DNA of 64,000 nucleotides from Escherichia coli (GTDB lineage Bacteria; Pseudomonadota; Gammaproteobacteria; Enterobacterales; Enterobacteriaceae): NCBI RefSeq assembly GCF_044324875.1, contig NZ_CP172185.1; one strand, 5' to 3'. Shown piece by piece: positions 20,477 to 30,900 of this stretch (position 1 is its first letter; each line of letters starts with the position of its first letter). The notes under the pieces were generated by a model. It saw only the letters and a program-made list of their open reading frames with translations, ran no database searches and was not told where the DNA came from. The position numbers and the translations under genes were made by a program.

Positions 20477-21301
20477 TGTGGCAATCAGCAACGTGCAGAT
20501 GGCCGCCGTGACCATAATGATCACCGCAATCACCGCCGCGTTATTCCACTCGCCGTACTCCATGGCGGTGGCCTGCATCAGCCGCGCCAGCGAGTAGGTG
20601 TTGCGTGGCCCGGCCACCGAGAAGAAGGCGAAGTCGCCCAGCGCGCCGATAAATACCAGAATCAGCGTCACCTGCACGGCGGGCAGCGTCAGCGGCACCA
20701 CCACGCCGGTAAAACTGCGCCAGCGGCTGGCACCGAGATTGCTGGCGGCGTCCAGCACGTCGTTACGGATGGCGTTGACTGCGCCGCCGACGAGGATCAG
20801 GGCGAAGGGCAGGTTTTTCCAGATTTGCAGGATAACCACGCCCCAGCCGAAGTCATCGTTCTGCATCCGCAGCGGCTCGCTGATAATCCCCAGCGCCAGC
20901 AGCAGTTCGTTGATAATGCCGTGATAAGCGACGATATTGACGAACAGAAACGCCGCCACCAGACCGGGGATAAACATCGGCGCACGCAGCACCGCGATAA
21001 TGCCCTCTTTATAGGCCATCGGTTTACGCAGCCACAGCGCCAGCGGATAGGCGAAAATCACCGAGCCGAACGACCCCAGCAGTGACACTTTCACTGAGTA
21101 GAACAGGGCGCTTTGCAACACTTCGTCCTGCAACATATTGCGCCAGTATTCCAGCGAGAAATTGCTGTCGCCTTCGATGTTGAACCAGCCCAGGCTCTGG
21201 ACGATCACCACATAAAACGTCGATCCCATCAGTAGTAGGATCGTGCCCAGCCCGCTGAGCATCAGCAGCCAGGCGACCGCATCATTGCGCCAGTTTTTCA
21301 T
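20435..21301 (-). CDS. ABC transporter permease (first permease)
   Basis: 288 aa, six predicted TM helices. Confidence 0.75.
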   Translation of the reverse strand: MKNWRNDAVAWLLMLSGLGTILLLMGSTFYVVIVQSLGWFNIEGDSNFSLEYWRNMLQDEVLQSALFYSVKVSLLGSFGSVIFAYPLALWLRKPMAYKEGIIAVLRAPMFIPGLVAAFLFVNIVAYHGIINELLLALGIISEPLRMQNDDFGWGVVILQIWKNLPFALILVGGAVNAIRNDVLDAASNLGASRWRSFTGVVVPLTLPAVQVTLILVFIGALGDFAFFSVAGPRNTYSLARLMQATAMEYGEWNNAAVIAVIIMVTAAICTLLIATLITPFATRKGEVK

Positions 21302-22365
21302 GATACCGGCTCCAGAAAATGGATGGCGTTTTCCGCCAGACGGAAGCAGGCACTCTCGCCGGGGGCGACGGGCGGCTTTTTAATTAGATGTAAGCGGACC
21401 GATAACCCGCTGTCGTTGTGGCCCCAGGCTTCGGTGAGGTTGCCCATAAAGGCCATTTTGTCGAGCGTCAGGGAGAAGTGGTTGTTGCCTGCCTGAGGCT
21501 GGCTGACATACTGCGCATCTTCCGGTCGCCAGCAGATATAGCAGTGCTCTGTGCGTGGCGGCTGTACGGAATGCACATAAAACTCGCCGAGGGCACAGCG
21601 TACCCGGTAATAGCCCGGCTGCTCTGAGGGCGTGACCTGCGCGGTGTCGATATTGGCCGCGCCGATAAAGTCGGCCACAAAGCGGTTGGCCGGACGGTAG
21701 TAAATCTCTTCCGGTTTGCCTATTTGCTCAACATTACCGGCGTTCAGCACCACAATTTTATCCGACATCGCCAGCGCTTCCGCCTGGTCGTGTGTGACGT
21801 AGATCGAGGTGAGCTGATACTGCCGCTGGAGTTCCTTGATTTCAAAACGCACGCTTTCGCGCAGCTTGGCATCAAGGTTGGAGAGCGGTTCGTCGAACAG
21901 GATCACGTCCGGGCGGGTGATCATCGCCCGCGCCAGCGCCACGCGCTGCTGCTGGCCGCCGGAGAGCTGGGCGGGCATTTTCAGGCGCTGGCTCTCCAGC
22001 CCCACCTGCTTCAGCGCCTCCGCCAGCCGGGCCTGCTGTTCACTGATAGCGACTTTTTTCTGCTTCAGGCCGAAGCAGATGTTGTGTGCCACGTTGAGGT
22101 GCGGAAACAGCGCATAGGACTGGAAACACATGGCGGTATTGCGCTTTTCTGGCGGCAGGGCGTTGACCGTTTTATCGCCAATCAGAATGCGTCCGCTGTC
22201 CGGCTGGTGAAAACCGCCGATCATTTTCAGCAGGGTGGTTTTACCGCAGCCGCTCGGCCCAAGCAGGGTCACGAACTCCCCCTCTTCGGCGCAGAACGAG
22301 ATTTCCCTGGCGGCATAGAATTCGCCGAAGGTTTTGGTCACCTGTTCCAGAACCAGTTTTGACAT
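21298..22365 (-). CDS. ABC transporter ATP-binding protein (PotA/MalK-like)
   Basis: Walker [10 protein letters not shown], signature [14 protein letters not shown], Walker [13 protein letters not shown]-terminal regulatory domain. Confidence 0.85.
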   Translation of the reverse strand: MSKLVLEQVTKTFGEFYAAREISFCAEEGEFVTLLGPSGCGKTTLLKMIGGFHQPDSGRILIGDKTVNALPPEKRNTAMCFQSYALFPHLNVAHNICFGLKQKKVAISEQQARLAEALKQVGLESQRLKMPAQLSGGQQQRVALARAMITRPDVILFDEPLSNLDAKLRESVRFEIKELQRQYQLTSIYVTHDQAEALAMSDKIVVLNAGNVEQIGKPEEIYYRPANRFVADFIGAANIDTAQVTPSEQPGYYRVRCALGEFYVHSVQPPRTEHCYICWRPEDAQYVSQPQAGNNHFSLTLDKMAFMGNLTEAWGHNDSGLSVRLHLIKKPPVAPGESACFRLAENAIHFLEPVS

Positions 22366-22580
22366 GAGTCTCTCTTCTATCGGTTAAAAAGATGATTATT
22401 AAATTTACATACTAAACATTAAATTTATGTGACACAGATCCTTAAAGCTAAAAAATGATCTAAATATCAAATTAAAAGCATATAAAACAATGGATTAACC
22501 ATAAAATAACAAAAACATCTTTCACATTTAAATTTAAGTAGTAAAGTTAATTACCATCTTACATTCGAGAGGAAAAGAAG

Positions 22581-23411
22581 ATGGCGTTTAACTTTCACCG
22601 GGCGGCAGAGGGGATCGTGCTGGCCAACAGCCACCGAGGTTATTCCAGCTGCGCGCCGGAGAACACATTCCCGGCCTTTGAAGCCGCCCGCCTGGCGGGA
22701 ACCCACTGTATTGAAATCGATATCCACCTGACGGCGGATAACCAACTGGTGGTCACGCACGATCACCGTATCGACCGGGTATCCACCGGACACGGATTTG
22801 TGGAGCAGATGACGTACCCGCAGCTGCTGGCGTGCGACTTTGGCGTGAAATACCATCCGTCGTTTGCCGGAACGCGCATCCCCTTGCTGGCGGACGTGCT
22901 GCGCTGGGCGGTGGAAAACAGCATGGGGCTGATTGTTGAGGTCAAACAGCGCAACCGCCATGACGAGTTTGTGGCGGCGCTGGTCGCACTGCTGCATGAG
23001 CATCTGGATGCCCTCGGCCATATCCAGTTGCTGGGCTTCAACCATGTGCTGATCAACCGGGTGAAGGCGCAAATCCCGCAACTGGCGTTACAGGTGGTGA
23101 CGCTGGAGCGCTACAATAACCAGCTTGCGGCGGTACAGCAGTCCAATGCCGGATGCGTCTGCTTTGAGTTCGAGTTCGCCCATATCGACGACCTGCGGGC
23201 CTACAAAAATGCCGGACTGGGCGTGCGGATGTATCTGCATGAAATGAAAAACGGCATGACGCCGCTGGAGCAGTACGACTATAAATTCGGCTGTGACAGT
23301 CGTCCGGTGATTATCGGCTGGATGCAGGCGGGGCTGATTGATATGCTCAGCCACGATGATATTCCGTATTTGCAGGGACTGATTGAAGAAGCAGGCCTGC
23401 GCTGGAACTAG
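22581..23411 (+). CDS. Glycerophosphodiester phosphodiesterase (GDPD family)
   Basis: 276 aa, …HRGYSSCAPENTFPAFEAA…IEIDIHLTADNQLVVTHD…; transcribed divergently from the ABC operon. Confidence 0.8.
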   Translation: MAFNFHRAAEGIVLANSHRGYSSCAPENTFPAFEAARLAGTHCIEIDIHLTADNQLVVTHDHRIDRVSTGHGFVEQMTYPQLLACDFGVKYHPSFAGTRIPLLADVLRWAVENSMGLIVEVKQRNRHDEFVAALVALLHEHLDALGHIQLLGFNHVLINRVKAQIPQLALQVVTLERYNNQLAAVQQSNAGCVCFEFEFAHIDDLRAYKNAGLGVRMYLHEMKNGMTPLEQYDYKFGCDSRPVIIGWMQAGLIDMLSHDDIPYLQGLIEEAGLRWN

Positions 23412-23426
23412 AAAAATAAGGACACC

Positions 23427-24539
23427 ATGAACGCCCACTCTGAACGCCTTGAACTACGTGGTTCGCAGCGCCTGCTGCTGGAACTGATCCGTCTCCACGC
23501 CCCGGTGACGCGGGCTGAACTGGCACGGCTGTCGGGACTGACGGCGGGGGCGATCACCCAACAGTGCCGAGAGCTGATGTTCTCCGGCCTGGTGGTGGAA
23601 GGGGAGCGCAATACCGGGCAGCGCGGCCAGCCGTCGCTGCCGTTGCGCCTTAACCCCGGCGGCGGTTGTGCTATCGGGTTGTCGTTCAGTCCCGGTTTTA
23701 TCGATATGACGGTGGTCGATCTCAGTGGTCGCCAGCTGCTGTCGCTTTGCGAAGCACATCAGGAGAATCAGCCACTGGAGGCCTCTCTCGCGCAGATCAA
23801 AACCTTGGTGGAGAAAATGCTGAAAAAGCGCCAGCTCCAGCACGCACGTATTCTCGGCATTGGCTATGCAGTGCCCGGATTTCTGAAAGCGGATGGTCGC
23901 AAGCGCCACAGCGTACCGTGGCTGGAGAGCTGGCGTGAGGTAGATCTCCAGCAGGCGTTTGCCGACAACCTGCCGTGGCCGACGTGGGTGGAAAATAATG
24001 CCAACGCCTCGGCGGTAGGTGAACTGTACAGCGGCAAATGGAATGCGTACAGCGATCTAACCTTTATCGACCTTGGCTACGGTATCGGCGCGGGTATTAT
24101 CTCCGGGAATAAAATGCTACGCGGCGGGTTCTGCAATGCCGGTGAAGTCGGGATGGCGTTTCCATCCGGTACACCGCGCCCGTCGTATAAGGATTTGCTT
24201 GCCACACTGGAGCGTGAAGGATTCAGTGAAACTAAGCTACCGGAGCTGATAGCCGGGCAGCACCCACTGCTGGAAAGCTGGTTTGAACGCTGTCGTGGCC
24301 AGGTGGAGCAGACGCTCTTCAGCTGTGTGCAGTGGGTAGACCCGCAAATCATCGTACTCGGTGGCGCGATGCCGAAACCGATTATCAGTCGTCTGGTGCA
24401 GGAACTGAATCAACTGATGGAAGCCTGCCTCGATCCCAACCGCCCCAGAGTGAAGTTAGCTGCCTCTTCGATGGGAGCACAGAGTGCGTCATGCGGCGCG
24501 GCGATGCTCCCGTTGTATAAGGTGATTAATAATGGATAA
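23427..24539 (+). CDS. ROK-family transcriptional regulator (NagC/Mlc-like)
   Basis: N-terminal HTH (…VTRAELARLSGLTAGAITQQCREL…) followed by a ROK sugar-kinase-like domain. Confidence 0.75.
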   Translation: MNAHSERLELRGSQRLLLELIRLHAPVTRAELARLSGLTAGAITQQCRELMFSGLVVEGERNTGQRGQPSLPLRLNPGGGCAIGLSFSPGFIDMTVVDLSGRQLLSLCEAHQENQPLEASLAQIKTLVEKMLKKRQLQHARILGIGYAVPGFLKADGRKRHSVPWLESWREVDLQQAFADNLPWPTWVENNANASAVGELYSGKWNAYSDLTFIDLGYGIGAGIISGNKMLRGGFCNAGEVGMAFPSGTPRPSYKDLLATLEREGFSETKLPELIAGQHPLLESWFERCRGQVEQTLFSCVQWVDPQIIVLGGAMPKPIISRLVQELNQLMEACLDPNRPRVKLAASSMGAQSASCGAAMLPLYKVINNG

Positions 24540-25127
24540 GAAGTTATGTGATTGTTGCTTCTGAAAGTGATATTTTATGTTGTTAAAATGTAAAGTAATA
24601 ATACAATGAGCTATCCATGATGGGGTTCTGTAAATAAACAAAACACTCTCTTCAATTCTGCTCACCTTCGGTATTTGTGTATCATCACTGGCTACTGATA
24701 AAAACAGAACCGTCAGTTTTCCACGATGTGAAGGGCAGGAATCATCGGCTGTTGCAGCCAGCGTCAAACGGGACTATCTCCAGAAACAGGTGCTTCACTG
24801 GAAAGATGACTAGGTGATCTTCAGTCAGCAGCATCCTGTTGTCTGGGTGAATCTTCGTGAGCTGGTAAGTAAAGGTGATAATTTAGTCACAGTGCATCTC
24901 ACCGCCCGGGGGAAGAAAGCCGATATTCAGTATCGGGTGCGCATTGACTGTAAGAACGAAAACGCTATCTGGCAGCGCCAGAGATGAACGTATGGAGATA
25001 ATCACAGAGTATGAACAAACGGACTCTACATGTTCATTATGACTAAAAAACGCTGTTTTATTTTACGTTGCTGTCATAACGTGTTTATCTCAATTTTCGG
25101 GAACATGTTCTTAGCGGTTAGACTGGC

Positions 25128-25203
25128 CCCCTGAATCTCCTGCGTTTGAAGGACAGTAACAGGTTAAGTGATAACAGATGTATGAAAATATAGAGATACA
25201 TCC
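25128..25203. mobile_element. IS2 terminal remnant (left-end and right-end sequences fused, no coding capacity)
   Basis: TTAGACTGGCCCCCTGAATCTCC (IS2 left terminus) followed 20 bp later by GGTTAAGTGATAACAGATGT… (degenerate IS2 right terminus). Confidence 0.6.
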
Positions 25204-26036
25204 AAGGAAGAGCCACTTTTGCGCCGTTCGTGACAGTTTTGTCATGTCCTTGCTCCGGCCTGGTTTATGTTCATAAGTCCTTCTTCACCAGTATCTTTGT
25301 AAACCTTCACCCAGTGCCAGATAATGGTTTCATTTGATATATTAAACTGTGTAGTGGCCTAGCGCATGGTAAGTTCTTCACTCAAACCTTCAGGACAACT
25401 GTCAGTCGAAACTCAGGAGAGCCGCGGTCATTTTGCCATGTAATACCATCAATACCGTGGAGTTGCCAGCCCTTGACCCAGCATCGCTCTGATGTTTCTT
25501 CAACACCAAAACGTTCAGCGGTACGACGTGTACCATCGTGTCCGGCAATATAATGATTAACTACAGCTTATTCGGTTTAGAGAAAATATTTTGGCTTTGC
25601 CATAAAAACTAACCTTAATCAGTTGGATGTCCAACTTTTGGAGGGAGAGTCCAACGATGGTACAGGATTTATTCATGTTAATTTTTCACAAACTCCTTTA
25701 TTCGTGTGATGTTAATCACAAAATACCAAAGAGAACGTTGAAAAAATAATGATACATTGTAAAAGATATATTAATTAATTTTTCATAATTTTATTATATA
25801 TGCTGCATGTCAATTATTTATATACCAAAAACCGAACAAAAATATTTATTATAGGTATTATGAAATAACCTTTCCATATTGTTTATTTTAATGCAATCAG
25901 CACAGATTACTTCAAAAATATAATTAGATGCATGAAAAGGGAGAAACAATATATTTTATTGTTTAAGATATTTTGTTCAACATGTATGCTGAGAGATAAA
26001 CTTATCGATACTTAAAAAATCCGAAAAGGAGGAATA

Positions 26037-27596
26037 ATGATAACAAAAAGAGAAAGACGTTTCCTGAGAACAGTAGAATGGCTTGGCAATGCACTTCCTC
26101 ATCCCGTCATCCTGTTCATAATATTAACAATTTCCTTAATTGTAGTTTCGATGATTGGACAATATTTTAATATTAGCGCCCCAGACCCAAGACCACCTGG
26201 AGCTAAAGGCCGGAATGATGATGGTATTATTTATATTGTAAGTTTACTGGATGCAGATGGAGTTCGTAAAATTCTTTCGAATCTGGTTACTAATTTTACG
26301 GGATTTGCACCACTGGGCACTGTTCTGGTTTCTCTTCTTGGTGTTGGTATTGCAGAACGGTCCGGGTTAATTTCAGCAACCCTTCGTCTTATTGTGACAA
26401 AAGCCCCTGCAAAAGTAACAACTATAGCTGTTGTCTTTGCCGGTATCATGTCCAACATGGCTTCAGAACTTGGCTATGTCGTTTTAATACCACTTTCGGC
26501 AATACTTTTTCATTCTCTGGGAAGACATCCCTTGGCCGGGCTTGCTGCTGCTTTTGCGGGAGTCTCGGGTGGCTATTCAGCAAATTTAGTATTAGGTACA
26601 ATCGATCCGCTCTTGTCAGGAATCACCCAGCAAGCAGCGCAAATTGTATCATCTGATTATATTGTAGGGGCTGAATCCAACTGGTATTTTATGTTTGTCA
26701 GTACATTTTTTATAACACTCATGGGGTACCTGATAACAGAAAAAATAGTTGAACCACAGTTAGGGAAATACAAGGGTGGAGGGTTCAATCAGGATGAACA
26801 GTCAATTCGTAATTCATCTGATGTTACAGCAGTTGAGAAAAAAGCGTTAATGCTGTCCTTTTTATCTGTACTTCTACTATCTGTTATTGTTGCCATTCTG
26901 GTTATTCCTGAAGATGGAATCTTACGTAATCAACAAACAGGATTAATCAGCAATTCTCCATTTCTTAAATCAATAGTGGCTTTCATTTTCATATTCTTTT
27001 CATTAGCTGGTGTAGTATATGGATATACAGCGGGAACAATAAAAAATAGCAAAGATATTGTTGATGCCATGACTCATTCAATGAGTACATTAGGACTTTA
27101 TCTGGTCATTATATTTTTTGCCTCTCAGTTTGTAGCTTTGTTTAGCTGGACAAATATTGGTCAGGTTATTGCGGTTAAAGGCGGGAGTTTTCTGAATAGT
27201 CTTGATTTGCCAGATTCCGTAATATTTATTGGATTTATATTGATTTGTGCTGTCATTAATTTAATGATTGGGTCCGCATCTGCTCAATGGGCAGTAACAG
27301 CACCAATTTTTGTTCCTATGTTAATGATGGCAGGATATGCCCCTGAAGTAATACAGGCTGCTTATAGAATTGGAGATTCAGTAACAAACATTATTACTCC
27401 AATGATGAGTTATTTTGGGCTTGTTATGGCTATTGTACTTAAATACAAAAAGGATGCCGGTGTTGGGACTTTGATATCAATGATGCTTCCATACTCCATA
27501 GTTTTCCTCGTCGGGTGGTCTGTATTCTTTGTTATATGGGTCTTTGTACTGAACTTACCCGTTGGCCCCGGGGCATCGACCTATTATCTCCCATAA
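26037..27596 (+). CDS. AbgT-family transporter (p-aminobenzoyl-glutamate / MtrF-like)
   Basis: 519 aa polytopic membrane protein in a markedly AT-rich segment; N-terminal MITKRERRFLRTVEWLGNALPHPVILFIIL… typical of AbgT/YdaH transporters. Confidence 0.75.
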   Translation: MITKRERRFLRTVEWLGNALPHPVILFIILTISLIVVSMIGQYFNISAPDPRPPGAKGRNDDGIIYIVSLLDADGVRKILSNLVTNFTGFAPLGTVLVSLLGVGIAERSGLISATLRLIVTKAPAKVTTIAVVFAGIMSNMASELGYVVLIPLSAILFHSLGRHPLAGLAAAFAGVSGGYSANLVLGTIDPLLSGITQQAAQIVSSDYIVGAESNWYFMFVSTFFITLMGYLITEKIVEPQLGKYKGGGFNQDEQSIRNSSDVTAVEKKALMLSFLSVLLLSVIVAILVIPEDGILRNQQTGLISNSPFLKSIVAFIFIFFSLAGVVYGYTAGTIKNSKDIVDAMTHSMSTLGLYLVIIFFASQFVALFSWTNIGQVIAVKGGSFLNSLDLPDSVIFIGFILICAVINLMIGSASAQWAVTAPIFVPMLMMAGYAPEVIQAAYRIGDSVTNIITPMMSYFGLVMAIVLKYKKDAGVGTLISMMLPYSIVFLVGWSVFFVIWVFVLNLPVGPGASTYYLP

Positions 27597-27907
27597 AGTC
27601 AATCATACATATCATAATGGAGAATATTATTCTCCATTTCCAGGTTGAATCAATATTAAACCCATGCAGCCATAAAAACTTTAGCATTTTAAGTGTCAGG
27701 ATGTTTCTATGTAAAAATCACAATAATTTACACAATACAAATAAATATATAGTTGATTACATTGAAGATTGCAATCACAATGTAATTAAATAGAAAATCA
27801 ATTGTATGACTCCGGCTCAATGCCGACTTAACATCTGTATGCTGAGGTAAGTTTACGCTTCCGACTTTCTGTTATTTTGGTGATTATATTTTCAGGGGAA
27901 ATTAAAA

Positions 27908-30900
27908 ATGAATAAAGTTTATTCCCTTCGCTACAGCGCTGTGGCCCGGGGCTTTATTGCTGTATCTGAGTTTGCGAGGAAATGTGTTCATAAGTCTGTC
28001 AGAGGCCTGAGTTTTCCGGTTTTATTACTGTCCCCCGTACTTTTCTCTACAGGAGGCCTTGCGGGAACAGTCAATAATGAACTTGGCTATCAGTCATTTC
28101 GTGATTTTGCTGAGAATAAAGGTATGTTCCGCCCGGGAGCAACGAATATCGCCATTTATAATAAGCAGGGAGAGCTTGTCGGCACGCTGGAAAAAGCGGC
28201 TATGCCGGATTTCAGTTCCGTAAATTCAGGAAGCGGTGTGGCGACACTAATTAACCCGCAGTATATCGCCAGCGTGAAACATAACGGGGGATATACAAAC
28301 GTCAGCTTTGGTTATGGTGAAAGCCGTTACAATATCGTGGACCGGAATAATGCGCCGTCACTGGATTTTCATGCTCCCAGACTGGATAAACTGGTGACAG
28401 AGGTTGCCCCGGCTGCGGTGACGGCGCAAGGGGCAGTGGCTGGCGCATATCTGGATAAGGAACGTTATCCTGTTTTTTATCGTCTTGGCTCCGGAACCCA
28501 GTATATTAAGGACAGTAACGGACAGCTGACACAAATGGGAGGAGCATATTCCTGGCTGACTGGCGGGACTGTCGGTAGTCTGTCATCCTATCAGAATGGA
28601 GAAATGATTAGCACCAGTTCAGGTCTGGTTTTTGATTACAAACTTAATGGTGCAATGCCCATTTATGGCGAGGCCGGTGACAGTGGTTCGCCTTTATTTG
28701 CTTTTGATACTGTTCAGAATACATGGGTTCTTGTTGGTGTTCTCTCTGCGGGGAATGGAGCGGGGGGCAGGGGAAATAACTGGGCTGTTATTCCACTGGA
28801 TTTTATCAGACAAAAATTTAATGAGGACAATGATGCCCCGGTCACATTCAGAACATCGGAAGGTGGTGCGCTGGAGTGGGGCTTTAACAGCAGCACCGGA
28901 GCTGGCACGCTGACACAGGGAACCACCACATATGCCATGCACGGGCAGCAGGGAAATGACCTGAATGCCGGTAAAAATCTGATATTTCTGGGACAGAATG
29001 GACAGATTGACCTGAAAGACAATGTTGCACAGGGGGCAGGTTCTCTGACATTCCATAATGATTATACGGTTGCAACTTCAAACAACAGTACCTGGACCGG
29101 TGCCGGTATTATTGTGGATAAAGGCGTGTTCGTAAACTGGCAGGTTAACGGTGTTAAAGGCGATAACCTGCATAAGATTGGTGAAGGTACGCTGACGATA
29201 CAGGGCACGGGTATCAATGAGGGTGGTCTGAAGGCCGGGGACGGAACCGTTGTTCTGAAACAGCAGGCAGACAGTAACGGGCAGGTGCAGGCCTTCAGTA
29301 GTGTGAATATTGCCAGCGGACGACCGACAGTAGTGCTGACTGATGACCGGCAGGTAAATCCGGATAACATCTCCTGGGGATACAGGGGAGGTATTCTGGA
29401 TGTTAACGGTAATGATATTGGCTTTCACGAAATAAAGGCGGCAGATTATGGTGCTCAAATCCACAATGGCAGTAACAAAAATGCAATAATCTCTCTGGTT
29501 ATGCATGATGCCATTAAGTGGACCGGGAAAGATACACCAAGAATTTTAGGTCGGGTTTATGAGTATTTCAATGATGAAACGCAGAAGACTGAATTCTTTA
29601 TATTAAAAACCAGCAGTATTGCGTGGTCTCCTTCGCCTGGAGAAAAAATTTTTCCGGATATGTTCAGAGGTGCTGATTATTTTAATACTCTTGAGGATGC
29701 GGACAAAGAGGCCAGAAAAAATACACAATATATTTTCCATGGTAAATTAACCGGTAATATCAGTTTTAACCCGAAGAGTGCCGGTACGTTTGTTATGGAT
29801 GGTTCTGCTGATATGTCCGGAACCTTCACCCGGGAAAACGGGCGTCTGACACTGCAGGGTCATCCGGTTATCCATGCATACAATACACAGTCTGTGGCTG
29901 ACAAACTTGCTGCCAGTGGAGACCATTCGGTTTTGAATCAGCCCACGTCATTCAGTCAGGAGGACTGGGAGAATCGCAGTTTTACCTTTGACAGACTGTC
30001 ACTGAAGAACACCGATTTTGGCCTTGGCCGTAATGCCATGCTGAACACCACGCTTGAAGCAACAGATTCGACTGTCACACTGGGCGACAGCCGGGTCTTT
30101 ATTGACAAAAACGACGGTAACGGTACGGCTTTTACGCTGGAAGAAGGCACATCAGAAGCGGTGAAGGATGCAGACCGTAGCGTGTTTAATGGCAGTGCTG
30201 TTCTGTACGGGAAGACGACGCTGGATATCATGAACGCAACCTTTAATGGTGATATCAGCGGTCATGCCGGCTCGCATGTGGAGTTGTCGCGCCGGAGTCA
30301 CTGGAATATGACGAAAAGCTCCACGCTGGATTCGTTCAGAAGCAAAGGCGGGACGCTCTCCTTTGTGACAGACAACTGGTCGCCGAAAACGCTGACGGTA
30401 AACACACTGCATGCCAGCAGTATGAATATCGCCATGGGGGTCAGCACCGCCGACAACACGGGCGACCGGATTGATATCCTGAATAAGGCAACGGGGGGAC
30501 ATAACACACTGGACCTGTCCTCCCTGTTTGATCAGACTGTCACACTGAAAAATGACCTGACTCTGGCATCTGCACCGGTCGGAACTTCTCACGGGTACTT
30601 CTCCTTTGCCAGCCTGAACAGGGGGTTTACTGTTTATACCCCTGACACACAGGTGCAGGAGAAAGACGGCAGAGTTTACTGGCAACTGAAAAATAACGCT
30701 GGTCTGGCGGACTCACAGGCACAACCGGTATCGGAAAATGAAATCCGGAAGGTTGCGGCGGATGGTGATAGTGGTAACAACCGCGCGGATGAATCTGGTT
30801 CCGCTGTTTCCGGAAAGAACTCAGAGGTTACCGTGAAAGGCAGTTCCCTGTTTAAAGGGGCAGATAGCATATATCTTCTGAAGAAGGCGCGAACCATGTT

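Noticed and set aside
24541-25127. Short frames in the 1.5 kb gap after the ROK gene (for example a 58-codon frame ending at 24984, and a possible signal-peptide-like start near 24640)
   Set aside because: Frames are broken by stops and shifts and lack convincing starts; most likely a degraded gene, not called as a feature.
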